Shown here: positions 35,385 to 44,926 of the stretch, one piece after another
Numbering within the stretch: position 1 is the first letter of the stretch
How the letters are laid out: every line of letters starts with the position of its first letter
Origin: a virus
Taxonomy: Duplodnaviria; Caudoviricetes
Length of the DNA: 64,000 nt
Virus record (IMG/VR): IMGVR_UViG_3300010376_000034
Location: 5,575 to 69,574 of that record
Reading direction: 5' to 3' (one strand)
Notes under the pieces: model-generated
Seen by the model: only the letters and a program-made list of their open reading frames with translations
Databases searched by the model: none
Told to the model about the DNA's origin: nothing
Position numbers and translations under genes: made by a program

Positions 35385-35605
35385 GGCGCCAGCGCGACTG
35401 GCCCCTCTACGCCATGGTATTGGACATGCACTTGGAGGGGCAATCCTACCATGCGATCAGCGCGCAGCTTGGATTATCTAGACAGCGCGTGCAGCAGGTG
35501 GTCAGGCTGGCGAAGCACACTCTCGCCTGGCGCATCTTTCATGGGCTGCCAAAGTATCTCTACATGTGGGACCGGGAGAGAGGCTGCTATGTCACCGAGA
35601 CTTAG
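35381..35605 (+). CDS. Sigma-region-4-like HTH protein
   Basis: EGQSYHAISAQLGLSRQRVQQVV. Confidence 0.65.
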   Translation: MRRQRDWPLYAMVLDMHLEGQSYHAISAQLGLSRQRVQQVVRLAKHTLAWRIFHGLPKYLYMWDRERGCYVTET

Positions 35606-35780
35606 GCGGATGTGGTGGGATGTTGTCACGGTATTCGCGCTGATCGGCGCGGCTTATGGTGCCTGGGAACTGATCGAAATCAGAGGTTGGGGCTGGGGCT
35701 TCCCCACCGCGCTGCTGTCCGCGATCCTCGGGCTGTTGGCGGTGGAGATGTTGTACCCGCTGTGGTTCGGCCGCTCTTGA
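35589..35780 (+). CDS. Small two-TM membrane protein
   Basis: Two hydrophobic segments; GAGAGG RBS. Confidence 0.45.
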   Translation: MSPRLRRMWWDVVTVFALIGAAYGAWELIEIRGWGWGFPTALLSAILGLLAVEMLYPLWFGRS

Positions 35781-35859
35781 ACGTCCCCGCCCCGCCACCG
35801 TGGGTGTTCTGGGCAATCGTGGTCCTCACGCTGATGGTCTTGGCGCTCTGGTTGCCCAG

Positions 35860-36195
35860 TTAACGCTCCCGCTTCTCGATACGCTCGCGCGCCACAACGT
35901 AACCCTGTCGCGCCTTGCTCAATCCTCTGTCGATACCCGATGGATCGTGCAGCCGGTCTGTGATCCATGTGCGGAAAAGGTGTTGGGCCTGCTGCACGTA
36001 AGCATCGTCCAGCGCACGAATATCCAGCGCCAACACGTCTGCGCGAAATCTCTCCGGTACTTGGTAGCTCTCTTCCCCGTGCGCGTACTCGCCGCTGTCG
36101 CGCAGGAACATCATCGCCAGCAGGATGACGATGACGATGAACAGCAACAGCAGCGCACGCTGCCACCAGGTGAGTTGTTCGAGCGGAGGAATCAT
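35860..36195 (-). CDS. N-terminal TM protein, possible lysis accessory (spanin- or holin-like position)
   Basis: ALLLLFIVIVILLAMMFL followed by a helical domain; end of the lysis transcript. Confidence 0.45.
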   Translation of the reverse strand: MIPPLEQLTWWQRALLLLFIVIVILLAMMFLRDSGEYAHGEESYQVPERFRADVLALDIRALDDAYVQQAQHLFRTWITDRLHDPSGIDRGLSKARQGYVVARERIEKRER

Positions 36196-36416
36196 GCCCC
36201 AGTATAGCCGAGTCGTGGTTGGGAGCCGCCAAAGGTTAGTGGAGGGCGATTGGCGGCTCCCGCATCCGGGCCTTGCAGGGGGGCTGATGGGGCTCGGATG
36301 ATCGATTGCGGGGGCGCGCCAGCCTAGGAGACGGCGCGCCCCTTCTACCTTCCTGCTTACCTAGGATTGCGGGAAGAAGTTGCTAGCCTTCTCGCCGTCC
36401 TAGTACGCGACGCCGC

Positions 36417-37037
36417 TTAGCTTTTGGAGGGCGTTGGAACGCCCGGATGCTCCTGTGATGGTACGATCGCCACTCCCCAGCCGGTGGCCGGCGACCAATA
36501 AGTCTTTGCGTCCCAGTTCTCCAGCACCTCTGGCTTCTCGTCTGAGCCGGGCGGCGGCAGAACGATCGGGTGCGCTGGCACCCCAGGAGCGGCCGGCGGA
36601 ATGTAGATCGGATGCTCCGGTTTCAGACCGGGAATGGTTCCCGGCGGCAAGTAGATCGGCGGCGTTGGCATCGGCACATTGCCGCCGCCCCAAATGCCGA
36701 GAGGTGGCTGGGGAGGATAGTGGATTGGCGGCGTCGGCCACGGCATCCCGCCCCAGATCCCGGGAGGCGGACCACCGGGCGCGATGGGATGTGCCGGATG
36801 TCCCGGCGACGGCCAGATGCTGGGCGGATAGTAGATCGGAGGACTAACGACACCGGCCGGTGGCCAGATCCCCGGTGGCTGTGCAGGCGGTAGATGGATC
36901 GGTGGTGTCGGCCATGGGCCGGGCGGTCCCCAGATGCCCGGAGGCGCTCCGCCACCTCCTGCAGGGGGCAACGGATAGCCAACGCTCAACGACGGGTCGT
37001 AAAGTTCACCGATAATAACGACAGGACGTCCTGCCAT
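36417..37037 (-). CDS. Proline-rich repeat protein
   Basis: Repeats of GIWG..P.PTPPI(H/Y)xPP; GGAG RBS. Confidence 0.65.
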   Translation of the reverse strand: MAGRPVVIIGELYDPSLSVGYPLPPAGGGGAPPGIWGPPGPWPTPPIHLPPAQPPGIWPPAGVVSPPIYYPPSIWPSPGHPAHPIAPGGPPPGIWGGMPWPTPPIHYPPQPPLGIWGGGNVPMPTPPIYLPPGTIPGLKPEHPIYIPPAAPGVPAHPIVLPPPGSDEKPEVLENWDAKTYWSPATGWGVAIVPSQEHPGVPTPSKS

Positions 37038-37082
37038 GTTCAGTCTCCTAGGCTTGATGCCGGCGATCCCGGCCGGCGCGGG

Positions 37083-38096
37083 TCAAGGTGAGTTGATCGG
37101 ATATCCGACTTCGACTTCATCGTCTGTGCTGAGCCCCAGCGCCTCTGCCAGGGCCGGCGAGAGGTCCGCCGCCCTCCCGGTCTCTTGCTCGTGCGGGCCC
37201 CAGTCGGCGGGGAACGCCGCGAACGCCACGCCCGTCCGCGGGTTACGCACGGCCGCCTTGAGGCATTGGTTGCGCAGCATGTCCTTGGGTGTGACGTCGT
37301 AGTCCCACCGGCAGGCCACGTAAAAGACGTTCGTGTCCAGGCGGCGTGCCATGCCGGTCGTGCCCTCCGGCTGGTCCGGGAGCATAAGGTGCGGGCACTC
37401 TTCTGGTTCGTAGAAGAACGCCAAGCCTTCTGAGGAACTTACCCCAGAATCGGCCGGGCCCCCGAATGTGCTCATCGTGCCGCGCGCATAGAACAGATAG
37501 TCGGGCTTGGGCGGCAGGTCCTCGGGCCATTCAGGCCGCTCGGGCCGCCCCGGCATTTCGATATCGCGGTCGGCGAGCACTTGCGCGATGGCGCGACAGA
37601 TAACATCGCCCCGCGCGGTAACCTTCTGACAATCGCTGGTGTTATCGCAAAATGCCAACTCGATTAGGCAGCTGACCTCATCGCAACCATTGAGCCAGGC
37701 CAGGTCATTGCGTTCCTTGGGCCCCCTGTTGGTGAAGCCGCCGGCGTCACAGATAGCATCGACCAACTGCTGCGCCAGCACGCTGCCGTCCTCTGACGTC
37801 CACAGCACCTCGCAGCCGTGCGCGTTGCCGTCGTAAGCGTTCATGTGAACGCTGATGTCGTAATCGCGCTCGGTCTTGTTGTGCTGTGCGACAAGCCAGT
37901 CGAGGTTCGCGCTTTGTGAGTGGCTCACGTTGTCGTGGATGACGTGGGTGGTAACGCCAGCGGCCTGCAGATACTGGGCAATCCGATCGACCACCCATCT
38001 TGCCGTATCAACTTCATCCAGCTGCGGGGGAACCGGGTCGCCGCTGGCGCCCCTGACATAGAGTCCGTGGCCGGAACTTATGGCAATCGCTGTCAT
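37083..38096 (-). CDS. Endolysin: N-acetylmuramoyl-L-alanine amidase (Amidase_3) plus C-terminal RlpA/DPBB-like domain
   Basis: ISSGHG, DISVHMNA, GCEV, CLIELAFCD; C-terminal STFGG...DWGP..TGRAADLSP. Confidence 0.8.
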   Translation of the reverse strand: MTAIAISSGHGLYVRGASGDPVPPQLDEVDTARWVVDRIAQYLQAAGVTTHVIHDNVSHSQSANLDWLVAQHNKTERDYDISVHMNAYDGNAHGCEVLWTSEDGSVLAQQLVDAICDAGGFTNRGPKERNDLAWLNGCDEVSCLIELAFCDNTSDCQKVTARGDVICRAIAQVLADRDIEMPGRPERPEWPEDLPPKPDYLFYARGTMSTFGGPADSGVSSSEGLAFFYEPEECPHLMLPDQPEGTTGMARRLDTNVFYVACRWDYDVTPKDMLRNQCLKAAVRNPRTGVAFAAFPADWGPHEQETGRAADLSPALAEALGLSTDDEVEVGYPINSP

Positions 38097-38280
38097 AGTC
38101 GTGCCGTCCGAATCGGTGTTGGATGATACGCGCGGGTGCCGGCACATAGGTGACAGTCATGTGACGGCACCCTTCGTGTGCGGTAGCGTAATCGTAGGAG
38201 TAGGAGAGTCCGAACTTTGAGATGTCGCTCCGCGTTCCAAGGTCACCGGCTGGCGCGGCCGGCGCGCGGTCCTCCGTGGC

Positions 38281-41200
38281 TTAGAATGTGGGAGCCCGCT
38301 TTTCGACGGCAGCCCGACCGCGTTCTAGCACGCGGCGTGCACGTAGCATATTGGCCAGCTGCTGTTCGTCGATCTTTTTGAAACGCTGGTCCTTCTGCGC
38401 GTCCGTAAGGTTCGGGTTAGCAGCAATGGCATCGCGCTGTTTATAGAGGGCGTTGTTGGCCTTCTGTGCGGCCTTGAACGCCGGCGCCGCTCGCATCTCC
38501 GGCCCCGGCGTCTTGCGTTGCGCCGCCGCCTCGACCTCCAGACGTTGCTCCCGGTAGAGCGCACGCATCGATCCCGGCGTCGGGGCTTCGCCATAAAACC
38601 TGCGCGCAAACGGGATCTTTTCTTGCTGCCACTCCTGTCCGTTGTACCAGCGCGTTCCGCTGGTCAGCATATTCATGCCAAAGCGGCCGAGACCCCCGGT
38701 CACGAAGCCCGTGAGATAGTCAAGAACCTCCGGGTGGATGTCGACGTATCCTGGCGTCTTCTTGTCGCCGCCGGTCCATTCGTTGAGCGTCCTGGCCGCC
38801 CACTTGGAAGCAGCGCTTGTACCGGGAAGGGTAAAGCCCTCCGACTTCGGCTTGAATTTGCTCCACGATTGCTCGTCGGGATAAATGGTTCGCCCGAACG
38901 CATCCTTGTTGAGAAGCAGCTGTGAGATAGGCTTGGCGATGGTCGGCACGAAATGCGACCAGCCTTCGTCCTGTCCCAGCGGATCGACGGCCTTGATGGT
39001 ATCCCAGAACATGCCACTAGCCGCCTTGGCAGCGTTGCGGTGATCGAACGCGAACTGCGCCATGTGGTCGCCAATGCCGGCGAACATGCCAAAGAAGAAC
39101 GGCTTCGGGATCATGACGTACTTCCCGCTGCCGCTCGGGTCCATGAAGATGAAATTCAACTCGCGCCGGTAGGCCGGGATATGAGAGTAGTTCGATTGCC
39201 CATCCTCCGCCGTGCCGCCGGCGAAGATATTGTAGGTGGCGAGCGCCGCACCGCTCGCGGTCAATGCACGCGCCGCTTTCCGCGCGCGGACAGAATTTTT
39301 CAGCGCCTGGGCACCGCGCACCGTGCCCTGCAGGCCAGCGTTGGCAAACATATAGAGGCTGGACAGCCATCGTTGCTCGCCGCGGCGATTGAAGTTGACT
39401 GTCGCCTCGCGGGCCATCATCGCAGCCTGCGGTCTTGAGAAGCCATTGTCGCGTGCCGCGTTGTAGACGGCCAGGCGCGTGGTGTTCTCGATCGTCATGT
39501 TGATTCTATCGATGCCGTTGACGACGGCGCCGGCGGCGTTCTTCAGCGTGTTGAGCGTCCCATCTTGCGCGCGGGCAAGCATTTTCTCGAAGTTGGCCTG
39601 GTGCTCCGCCGCATCCATGCCCCAGGAGAAACCAATCTTGCCGCCGTCCTCCACGAAGTCGCGGTAGCGTTGTGCCTGGAAGCTGGTGCCCCCTTCCGGC
39701 CCGGACCATGCGCCTTCCAGTGCAGGGACCAGGTGCTTGCGGAAGGAGGAGACCAGCCGCGCTTGCTGGTCGGCCGGCAGATTGATGAATGCCTCGCCGG
39801 CGTCACGGATGAAGTTGGAGATGACGAACTCGGGATTGAGCGAGGTATTCAAGCGGGCAAGCTGCCGCGTCACCCAACTTATGCCGCGCAGGACGTCGCC
39901 GACTGGCTGTTGCTCCATGTTCTTGAGCGCACGGATGAGCTTGCCGCCATACTCGCCCTTGAAATAGACGTGCCGTTCTACGCCGTTGTCCTTCCAGATG
40001 TAGATGCCCGGGTCCTGCTTCCACATCGGATGCACCATCTCCGCCACCTGCCCGGTCTTCGGATCGATATAGCGGTACATCGGCTTCTCGGTCGTGCTCC
40101 ACAGGTCGGGCTCGCGATTCATGTTTACAAACTTGTCGACGGCTGCGCCCACCTTGTTCTTCTCGCCGCGTGCGATGGCACGGTTCATCTGCATCATGGC
40201 GTACTGGATCGGATTGTCCGCTCGCGACAACCGGCCGAATGCCTGCTGGCTTTCCTTGCCGCGAACGTCCGCACCACGGCCGATGCCCATGATGTCGCCG
40301 ATTTCGGTGTGACGCATCGGCACGTAGTTGGGCCAGCGCGCGCGCCACGCCGCCGCCGTCTGCGCATCGAGAAGCCCGTCTCTCACCATCCCATCGAGCG
40401 TGCCGTCGATCATGTTGCGCAGGATCTTCCACGATCGGTCGAAGGCCGCCTGCCGGGGGACGGCTGCGGCCTTGATACGTTGCGCCTCGGCATCGGACAT
40501 ACCGGCGGGATCGGCGAGGTTGGGATTGATCCTGCGTAGCTCGCGGTTGCGTTCCTCCGCGTGCATCGCCTGGGCGTACTCGCCGAACTCGTCGTAGCCC
40601 AGGCCGTCCTTGGCCATCTGTTCCGCCAGCGGCTTGGTGTAATCTTCCTCCGCTGCTTTCTCGCGCGCGGCTCGCTTGCCGTGCGAGAGTGCCTCCACCT
40701 GGTAGGGGTTTGCCTCGTCGGGCAGCACCGCCCCCGGGTTGTCGCGCATCCATTGCTCGGCGGCGCGCCGCCAGCGCAGGAAGGCATCCTGTGTCTTCAC
40801 CCGCGCCTCGGTGGGATTGCGCATCCATTCCGGGGCGCCCTTGGGAACGAGTCTACCGGCGGCGCGGAAAATCCCGCCGAAACTTGCGTAGCTCTTGGTC
40901 GCCATCGCTTCGTTGGCGGCATCCATGATCAGCGGGAAGCGCTTCGAGAACAGGTCTCCCTGGTTTACGTCGTCGCCGAACAAGCCGACGTCCATCGGTT
41001 TCTGTTCGACCTTGGGCTTGAGCGGCGCCTCGGTTCGAAGCTCTTTCAATCGCCTTTGGATGGCGGACCTTTCTCCCGACGGCTCCTCTTGCGTACCGGA
41101 AAGACGACGGTCGTAAGCTATTTGACGCAAGCGTTGCTCGAGCAACTCTCGCTCGTTTGGTCTACCGCGTGCGAACTCAAGAGTTGAGCGTTGTTCGGCA

Positions 41201-44200
41201 CCCGGGATGACCAGCTGCGGCTTGCCTTCGGCGCCAGGCTCCTCCTTTGGAAAGAGACCTTCGGCGCCAGGCGGCATGGCCTTGCGTGGCGGTGCCGGTT
41301 CGCCAGCTTCCTTCGCATAGGCTGCATCGAATTTCGCGGTAGCTTCTTTGTATTTCTCGGCCGCCTTGCCGAACGTGGCGGTGCTCATATTGCCCTTGCG
41401 AAAACGCTGCCGCGCCTCGTCGTACTCGCGATAGGCTTTGTCATGCTCGTCGATCGCGCGCTGATATTCCGGCGAGGGCTGCGGCATCTCCTCTTTGATC
41501 GGCCTGCGCTGCCGCTGGTTTAGCTCGTTGCGACGAACATTCGCGCGACCGTGCGCAACGCCTCTATCGCTCTCTTTCGGTCCATACTTGTAGCTGGCGG
41601 CTACCTCGCCAGTAGAACGATCCACGACCTCATAAACCCGCCTGTCGGGATCGTTACGAACGTCGTAGAACTTTCGCTCCTCCGCCATCGGCCTGCGCTG
41701 TCGCTGCGCCTGGAGGATCTGCGCAAGCTCCTCATCAGACGCGCCGCGCGTGATCGCACGCTGGATTTCCAGCTTGGGCTCGGTTGCCTCTATTGCCTTT
41801 TGACCAAGCGTCATCGCCGTTTCCAGCAGCGACGGTGCGCCCTCGCGGGCCTCCATGATCTTTTCCAACCCGGGCTTGAACTTGGTCGGTACGCCTAGCG
41901 AACGCCGCACCAACTCCACCATCGCGTCCCAGGCGTTGCCGAACACTCGCCCCAGCATCTCGCTGAAAGCCTTCGGCGTGGGCGCGCTGTGCAGCGCCTC
42001 CTGCAGAATCGGGTTGCTGAAAACCTCCGCGACGAACTCGTGCGGGTCGGTCAGCGCATAGACAGGCCGGCCCTCTGGAGTCTTGAGCGCCGGCTTCAGC
42101 GCTCCCATCATCAGCTTGATGGCCTTCTTCACCTGCTTGCTGGTCTCGATGCCCAGCTGGGTAGCCGCGTGCGTCGCTTCGTGCAGCAACGTATGTGCAC
42201 GGTCCGCGGGGCTGCCGCCCCATGCCTGGTCGGCATTCACGAAGATGAAGGTGCGCGGCTTGCCGTTCGCGTCAGCGTCCTGTACCCATAGTCCGTTAAC
42301 CCTCTTGGTAGGGTCACTATTATGGGTGAAGTCCTGCAGGTCACGTTCGGAAATAAAGTGGACCGGGGTGTCGCCAACGATCCTGGCAAGCCGGGTGCGA
42401 ATCCACTCGGCGACGCGACGGGGGACCTCGGGCCAGTCGGCGGGGATGGGCAACTCGCTGAGCGCCTTATTAAGGGGCAGCGAGTCCAGAAGGTCGATTT
42501 TGCGGCCGACCTCGCGCTGTGCAAGATAGTCTACGAACCCTAAGTCTTCGGGGCTTGCTTCTTGGCGAGGAGGTTGGCGAGCCTCACCAGGCCCTTGTTC
42601 GCGTGGGCTCGGCCCAAGAGGCGCTTCTTCACCTCGGGGTCCTTCTCCCGGTTCGCGGCCTGGATAAACTTCCTCGCCGCCTCCGCGCACTCCTGGGCGC
42701 TTCTCACCGTATGCCTCCTCCCGCCAGGCGGCCGCCTGATCGTAGGCTTCCCGCGGATCGTCGACTTCACCACGATACAACGCTTCCGACGCGCTGCGCA
42801 AAGTATCAGGGTCGAGTTCCTCGTCACGGAGACCCTGTTCGCGGAACGCATCCCGGATACGTTTCTCTGCTGCGGCGACGCCTTGGGAATACTCGTCCGG
42901 CCGGCGCACACCGGCAGCCTCTTCTCCCTGTGCCCATACCCGGCCTTCCGGGCTCTTGGCCTTGCGTGCTCGCCAGTCTCTATCCATGGCGTCAAGCAGC
43001 TGGGGGACAGTGCTTGTCGCCTCTGCGCCGCTCCAATACCCGGGATCGTCCAGGTAACGTCCGATGACCGCTGCTTCGCGAAGTTGGTCGAGCGTGAGGC
43101 CACCCTTGCGGATGTAGCCGCGGGGCAAATCCATGCTGCGCACGTCGCCGATTAGCGGATCGTCCGGGCTGATGCCCCGCTGACGGATCATGTCCATCAA
43201 CGACTGTGGCTTGCCACCCCGCGCACGTGCGGGGGCGGGCGCCGGCTCCCGCGCGCTTTCTAATATGCGACGAACTTGTTCTCCATCACGGTAGCCAAGC
43301 ATATAGCTGTCGCGTGCAGCACCTCGACCTTCGCCTCTATAGTTGTTTGCGAGTCCATCTTCATAACCATTACGTTCCCATCCTTCACGAGGTTTAGACT
43401 GTAACTCTGTTAAAAGCCTTGTTTCTGAAGGAGATAAACCACCCGGCTCCGGCACGCGAGGCGGCTCCGGCGGTGGCGCCTCCGCTCCACCAGGCGGTCG
43501 CCATCCTTCCGCAACGGCTTTATCCCAGGCTTCCTCATAAGGAATGCCTTCGGTTCGCTGGATGACCGATGGGGTACGCGGCTTCTCCCGCGCGCGAGGC
43601 GGCTCATATCCCGGAGGGGCCGGCTCGACCGTCGCCGGTCTTTCCGGCCATCCAGGTATTCGCTCGGTCACCCACTCAGGCGGCTCCTCGCCTTCTCGCG
43701 GCGCGCCCTCGAAGATGTCCTCGGGGGGCCTTTCCGCGCGAGGCGCCGCTTCCGGCGGACGCTCCGGCTCTCGCGGAGGACGCGGCGGCTCGACGCGAGG
43801 GGGCTCAGGGCGAATACGCGGTGCAGGCGCGGCAGCTGCCGGCGTAACACCCAGCACCTTCCCCATCTGATCGACGATACTCGGCGGCGTCGCTTGCGAC
43901 GGTGGCTCGATTGACTGCGCAGGTGGCCGCGACGGCTCACCCTCCCCACCACGAAGCGCCCAGTCGAACAAGTCAGGCGCCACGCCAGGCCGCTCTGGCT
44001 GAGAAGGAGCCGGAGAACCAGACGGCGGAACAATCGTAGTCTCTTGTCCTGTTACCCCTGGTTCGCGTGGCGCCCCCGCGAATATGTCCTCGGCCGCTGC
44101 CGGTGGCTTGGGCTCAGCCGCGGGAGGCGCCTCGGGTTCCGGCTTCGGTTCGGCCTCCGGCTTTCCCCGGATACGTTGCCACACTCGTCCCGCGGCCTTG

Positions 44201-44922
44201 CCGGCAACCACAGGGGCAGCACCGATCATCCCTGCCAACGCAGCCTCTCCGGCCCCTTGAAAGGCTTGCTCTGGCGGCAGACCGGTGAGGTAGTTCTGAA
44301 TTATCTGCGCGCCGGCGCCGATTGTGGGCTGACCCAGCACCTGCACAAAAACCCTGAGAGGCAGACCAAACATGGCCGCTGTTGCAGCCGCGCTTACGCC
44401 TGAGCTTTGCAAAGCTCCACGAAGCGCCTGATCTTCCGGGATACCGGCTTCAAGATTCGCACGAAACGCAGGGCCGTATTCGGTGACGAACTGAGTGAGA
44501 CCGGAAGCAAACATCCCGCCCAGCGGGCCACCGGCCACCCCGTAGGCGGCCATTGCCGGCGCGCCGCGCCCGAACATGTGGCCCCACCAATAGGGATGAC
44601 GCCATCCTTCAGTGACTGGTAGCTCGGCAACATCAGGGCGAGTGACCGGAGATTCCGTCGGCTCGGCCGGCGGCTTGCCGCGCAACCGATTAGCGAGCAT
44701 CTCGCCGGTCTCAGCGGCCCCGGCTACGGCGGACTCCAGCCCTTGTCCCGCGCCTTCTAGGAATCCTGGCTCTGCCCGCGGCTCTGTCCTTGCCTCGCCC
44801 TGCCGCACAAAGCGTACCGGCGGCGCTAGTGAGGCCGGCACTTCCTGTCCGGGCTGCACAGCCGGCGGCTCTGGGGTGTAGTCCCCCTCCTTCGGCGCAC
44901 CCGCGAAAAGATCATCGGCCAT
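38281..44922 (-). CDS. Large polyvalent (ejected) protein with a zincin-like HExxH domain and an LPD38-like C-terminus
   Basis: TLLHEATHAAT...HEFVAEVF; C-terminal YVMIPKPF...PTIAKPISQLLLNKDAFGRTIY...VDIHPEVLDYL. Confidence 0.75.
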   Translation of the reverse strand: MADDLFAGAPKEGDYTPEPPAVQPGQEVPASLAPPVRFVRQGEARTEPRAEPGFLEGAGQGLESAVAGAAETGEMLANRLRGKPPAEPTESPVTRPDVAELPVTEGWRHPYWWGHMFGRGAPAMAAYGVAGGPLGGMFASGLTQFVTEYGPAFRANLEAGIPEDQALRGALQSSGVSAAATAAMFGLPLRVFVQVLGQPTIGAGAQIIQNYLTGLPPEQAFQGAGEAALAGMIGAAPVVAGKAAGRVWQRIRGKPEAEPKPEPEAPPAAEPKPPAAAEDIFAGAPREPGVTGQETTIVPPSGSPAPSQPERPGVAPDLFDWALRGGEGEPSRPPAQSIEPPSQATPPSIVDQMGKVLGVTPAAAAPAPRIRPEPPRVEPPRPPREPERPPEAAPRAERPPEDIFEGAPREGEEPPEWVTERIPGWPERPATVEPAPPGYEPPRAREKPRTPSVIQRTEGIPYEEAWDKAVAEGWRPPGGAEAPPPEPPRVPEPGGLSPSETRLLTELQSKPREGWERNGYEDGLANNYRGEGRGAARDSYMLGYRDGEQVRRILESAREPAPAPARARGGKPQSLMDMIRQRGISPDDPLIGDVRSMDLPRGYIRKGGLTLDQLREAAVIGRYLDDPGYWSGAEATSTVPQLLDAMDRDWRARKAKSPEGRVWAQGEEAAGVRRPDEYSQGVAAAEKRIRDAFREQGLRDEELDPDTLRSASEALYRGEVDDPREAYDQAAAWREEAYGEKRPGVRGGGEEVYPGREPGEGPRGEEAPLGPSPREQGPGEARQPPRQEASPEDLGFVDYLAQREVGRKIDLLDSLPLNKALSELPIPADWPEVPRRVAEWIRTRLARIVGDTPVHFISERDLQDFTHNSDPTKRVNGLWVQDADANGKPRTFIFVNADQAWGGSPADRAHTLLHEATHAATQLGIETSKQVKKAIKLMMGALKPALKTPEGRPVYALTDPHEFVAEVFSNPILQEALHSAPTPKAFSEMLGRVFGNAWDAMVELVRRSLGVPTKFKPGLEKIMEAREGAPSLLETAMTLGQKAIEATEPKLEIQRAITRGASDEELAQILQAQRQRRPMAEERKFYDVRNDPDRRVYEVVDRSTGEVAASYKYGPKESDRGVAHGRANVRRNELNQRQRRPIKEEMPQPSPEYQRAIDEHDKAYREYDEARQRFRKGNMSTATFGKAAEKYKEATAKFDAAYAKEAGEPAPPRKAMPPGAEGLFPKEEPGAEGKPQLVIPGAEQRSTLEFARGRPNERELLEQRLRQIAYDRRLSGTQEEPSGERSAIQRRLKELRTEAPLKPKVEQKPMDVGLFGDDVNQGDLFSKRFPLIMDAANEAMATKSYASFGGIFRAAGRLVPKGAPEWMRNPTEARVKTQDAFLRWRRAAEQWMRDNPGAVLPDEANPYQVEALSHGKRAAREKAAEEDYTKPLAEQMAKDGLGYDEFGEYAQAMHAEERNRELRRINPNLADPAGMSDAEAQRIKAAAVPRQAAFDRSWKILRNMIDGTLDGMVRDGLLDAQTAAAWRARWPNYVPMRHTEIGDIMGIGRGADVRGKESQQAFGRLSRADNPIQYAMMQMNRAIARGEKNKVGAAVDKFVNMNREPDLWSTTEKPMYRYIDPKTGQVAEMVHPMWKQDPGIYIWKDNGVERHVYFKGEYGGKLIRALKNMEQQPVGDVLRGISWVTRQLARLNTSLNPEFVISNFIRDAGEAFINLPADQQARLVSSFRKHLVPALEGAWSGPEGGTSFQAQRYRDFVEDGGKIGFSWGMDAAEHQANFEKMLARAQDGTLNTLKNAAGAVVNGIDRINMTIENTTRLAVYNAARDNGFSRPQAAMMAREATVNFNRRGEQRWLSSLYMFANAGLQGTVRGAQALKNSVRARKAARALTASGAALATYNIFAGGTAEDGQSNYSHIPAYRRELNFIFMDPSGSGKYVMIPKPFFFGMFAGIGDHMAQFAFDHRNAAKAASGMFWDTIKAVDPLGQDEGWSHFVPTIAKPISQLLLNKDAFGRTIYPDEQSWSKFKPKSEGFTLPGTSAASKWAARTLNEWTGGDKKTPGYVDIHPEVLDYLTGFVTGGLGRFGMNMLTSGTRWYNGQEWQQEKIPFARRFYGEAPTPGSMRALYREQRLEVEAAAQRKTPGPEMRAAPAFKAAQKANNALYKQRDAIAANPNLTDAQKDQRFKKIDEQQLANMLRARRVLERGRAAVEKRAPTF

Positions 44923-44926
44923 CGCA

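Noticed and set aside
35589-36195. Firm holin and spanin assignment
   Set aside because: TM proteins exist on both strands, but no lipoprotein o-spanin or clear holin signature was seen.
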